Assembly: GCA_965237415.1 (NCBI GenBank)
Contig: CBDEFM010000002.1
Location: 2,208,001 to 2,272,000 of the forward strand
Direction: 5' to 3'
Source of the DNA: Alphaproteobacteria bacterium
Lineage (GTDB): Bacteria; Pseudomonadota; Alphaproteobacteria; UBA828
Length of the DNA stretch: 64,000 bases
Positions 63,673 to 64,000 of this stretch are shown in pieces; position 1 is the stretch's first letter; the number at the start of each line of letters is the position of its first letter. The notes under the pieces are model-generated. The model saw only the letters and a program-made list of their open reading frames with translations, had not been told where the DNA came from and searched no databases. A program made the position numbers and the translations under genes.

Positions 63673-64000
63673 TTAACGCAGTCGCCAACTACCTTGGGCG
63701 TCGCGCTCGGGCAAGCGTTGTGGGTGGAAGAGCCGTTCACCGACGGCATCGGCGAACAAAGCTGCCCAACGATCAACGAGACCGTTGAAGGTGTCGCGAT
63801 TCAACGGTTCAAAAGGCCACGCTACCTGGTACTCGGCTAGGCCTCGCCAGAGAGCTTTGGCGGATTCTGTGCCAGGCGAGAGTGCGAAAGGGGCTTTGGT
63901 GCGGTGGTTGCGAGCGAGGAGTGACATGAAGGCCGTCTCGAACCATTGAAACCTTCCCTCTTCTCGAGCATCGCAGTACCAGAGCGAGTGGCTGCGGCCC
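63673..64000 (-). CDS. 3' end of a gene running off the window, possibly the C-terminal domain of a Ser/Thr kinase
   Basis: Frame open to the window edge: GRSHSLWYCDAREEGRFQWFETAFM...; family link is from recollection only. Confidence 0.4.
   Translation of the reverse strand, partial: GRSHSLWYCDAREEGRFQWFETAFMSLLARNHRTKAPFALSPGTESAKALWRGLAEYQVAWPFEPLNRDTFNGLVDRWAALFADAVGERLFHPQRLPERDAQGSWRLR

Larger units (their letters stand above)
28870..64000. mobile_element. composite genomic island / defence-island-like region (left edge approximate, right edge beyond window)
   Basis: Integrase at left edge, several IS families, intron, AT-richer cargo, ICE/plasmid-type genes (HU, TopA, DUF2285). Confidence 0.75.

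Overview
High-GC bacterial DNA, probably alphaproteobacterial (groESL with a CIRCE operator), in two parts. 1-28.8 kb is chromosomal-type metabolic sequence: groESL, SDRs, two amidases, a GcvT-family amine dehydrogenase, amidohydrolases, two PhyH dioxygenases, a sugar-type ABC transporter, an OYE-type flavoenzyme and two EamA/DMT transporters. From ~28.9 kb to the end is a heavily rearranged mobile/defence island. Its mobile parts are integrase fragments, IS21 x2, IS110/IS1111, IS1634, IS1595, an IS66 remnant, a truncated group II intron, HU and a TopA::integrase chimera. Its intact, visibly more AT-rich cargo is: (i) a MerR-like HTH + N6-MTase + PD-(D/E)XK-like operon; (ii) a signal-peptide-less subtilase, a 92-aa protein that looks like a free-standing copy of that subtilase's own propeptide, and an M1 metallopeptidase; (iii) a 2127-aa nuclease-TPR-PIN-like protein downstream of a Fic gene. 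Module (ii) is the best candidate for an undescribed system (protease/dedicated-inhibitor switch). Also notable: guide-like segments in the IS1111 non-coding region that match its own junctions, and a diverged ~190-bp non-coding repeat upstream of the protease module. All family calls come from motif recognition by eye, with no database search.
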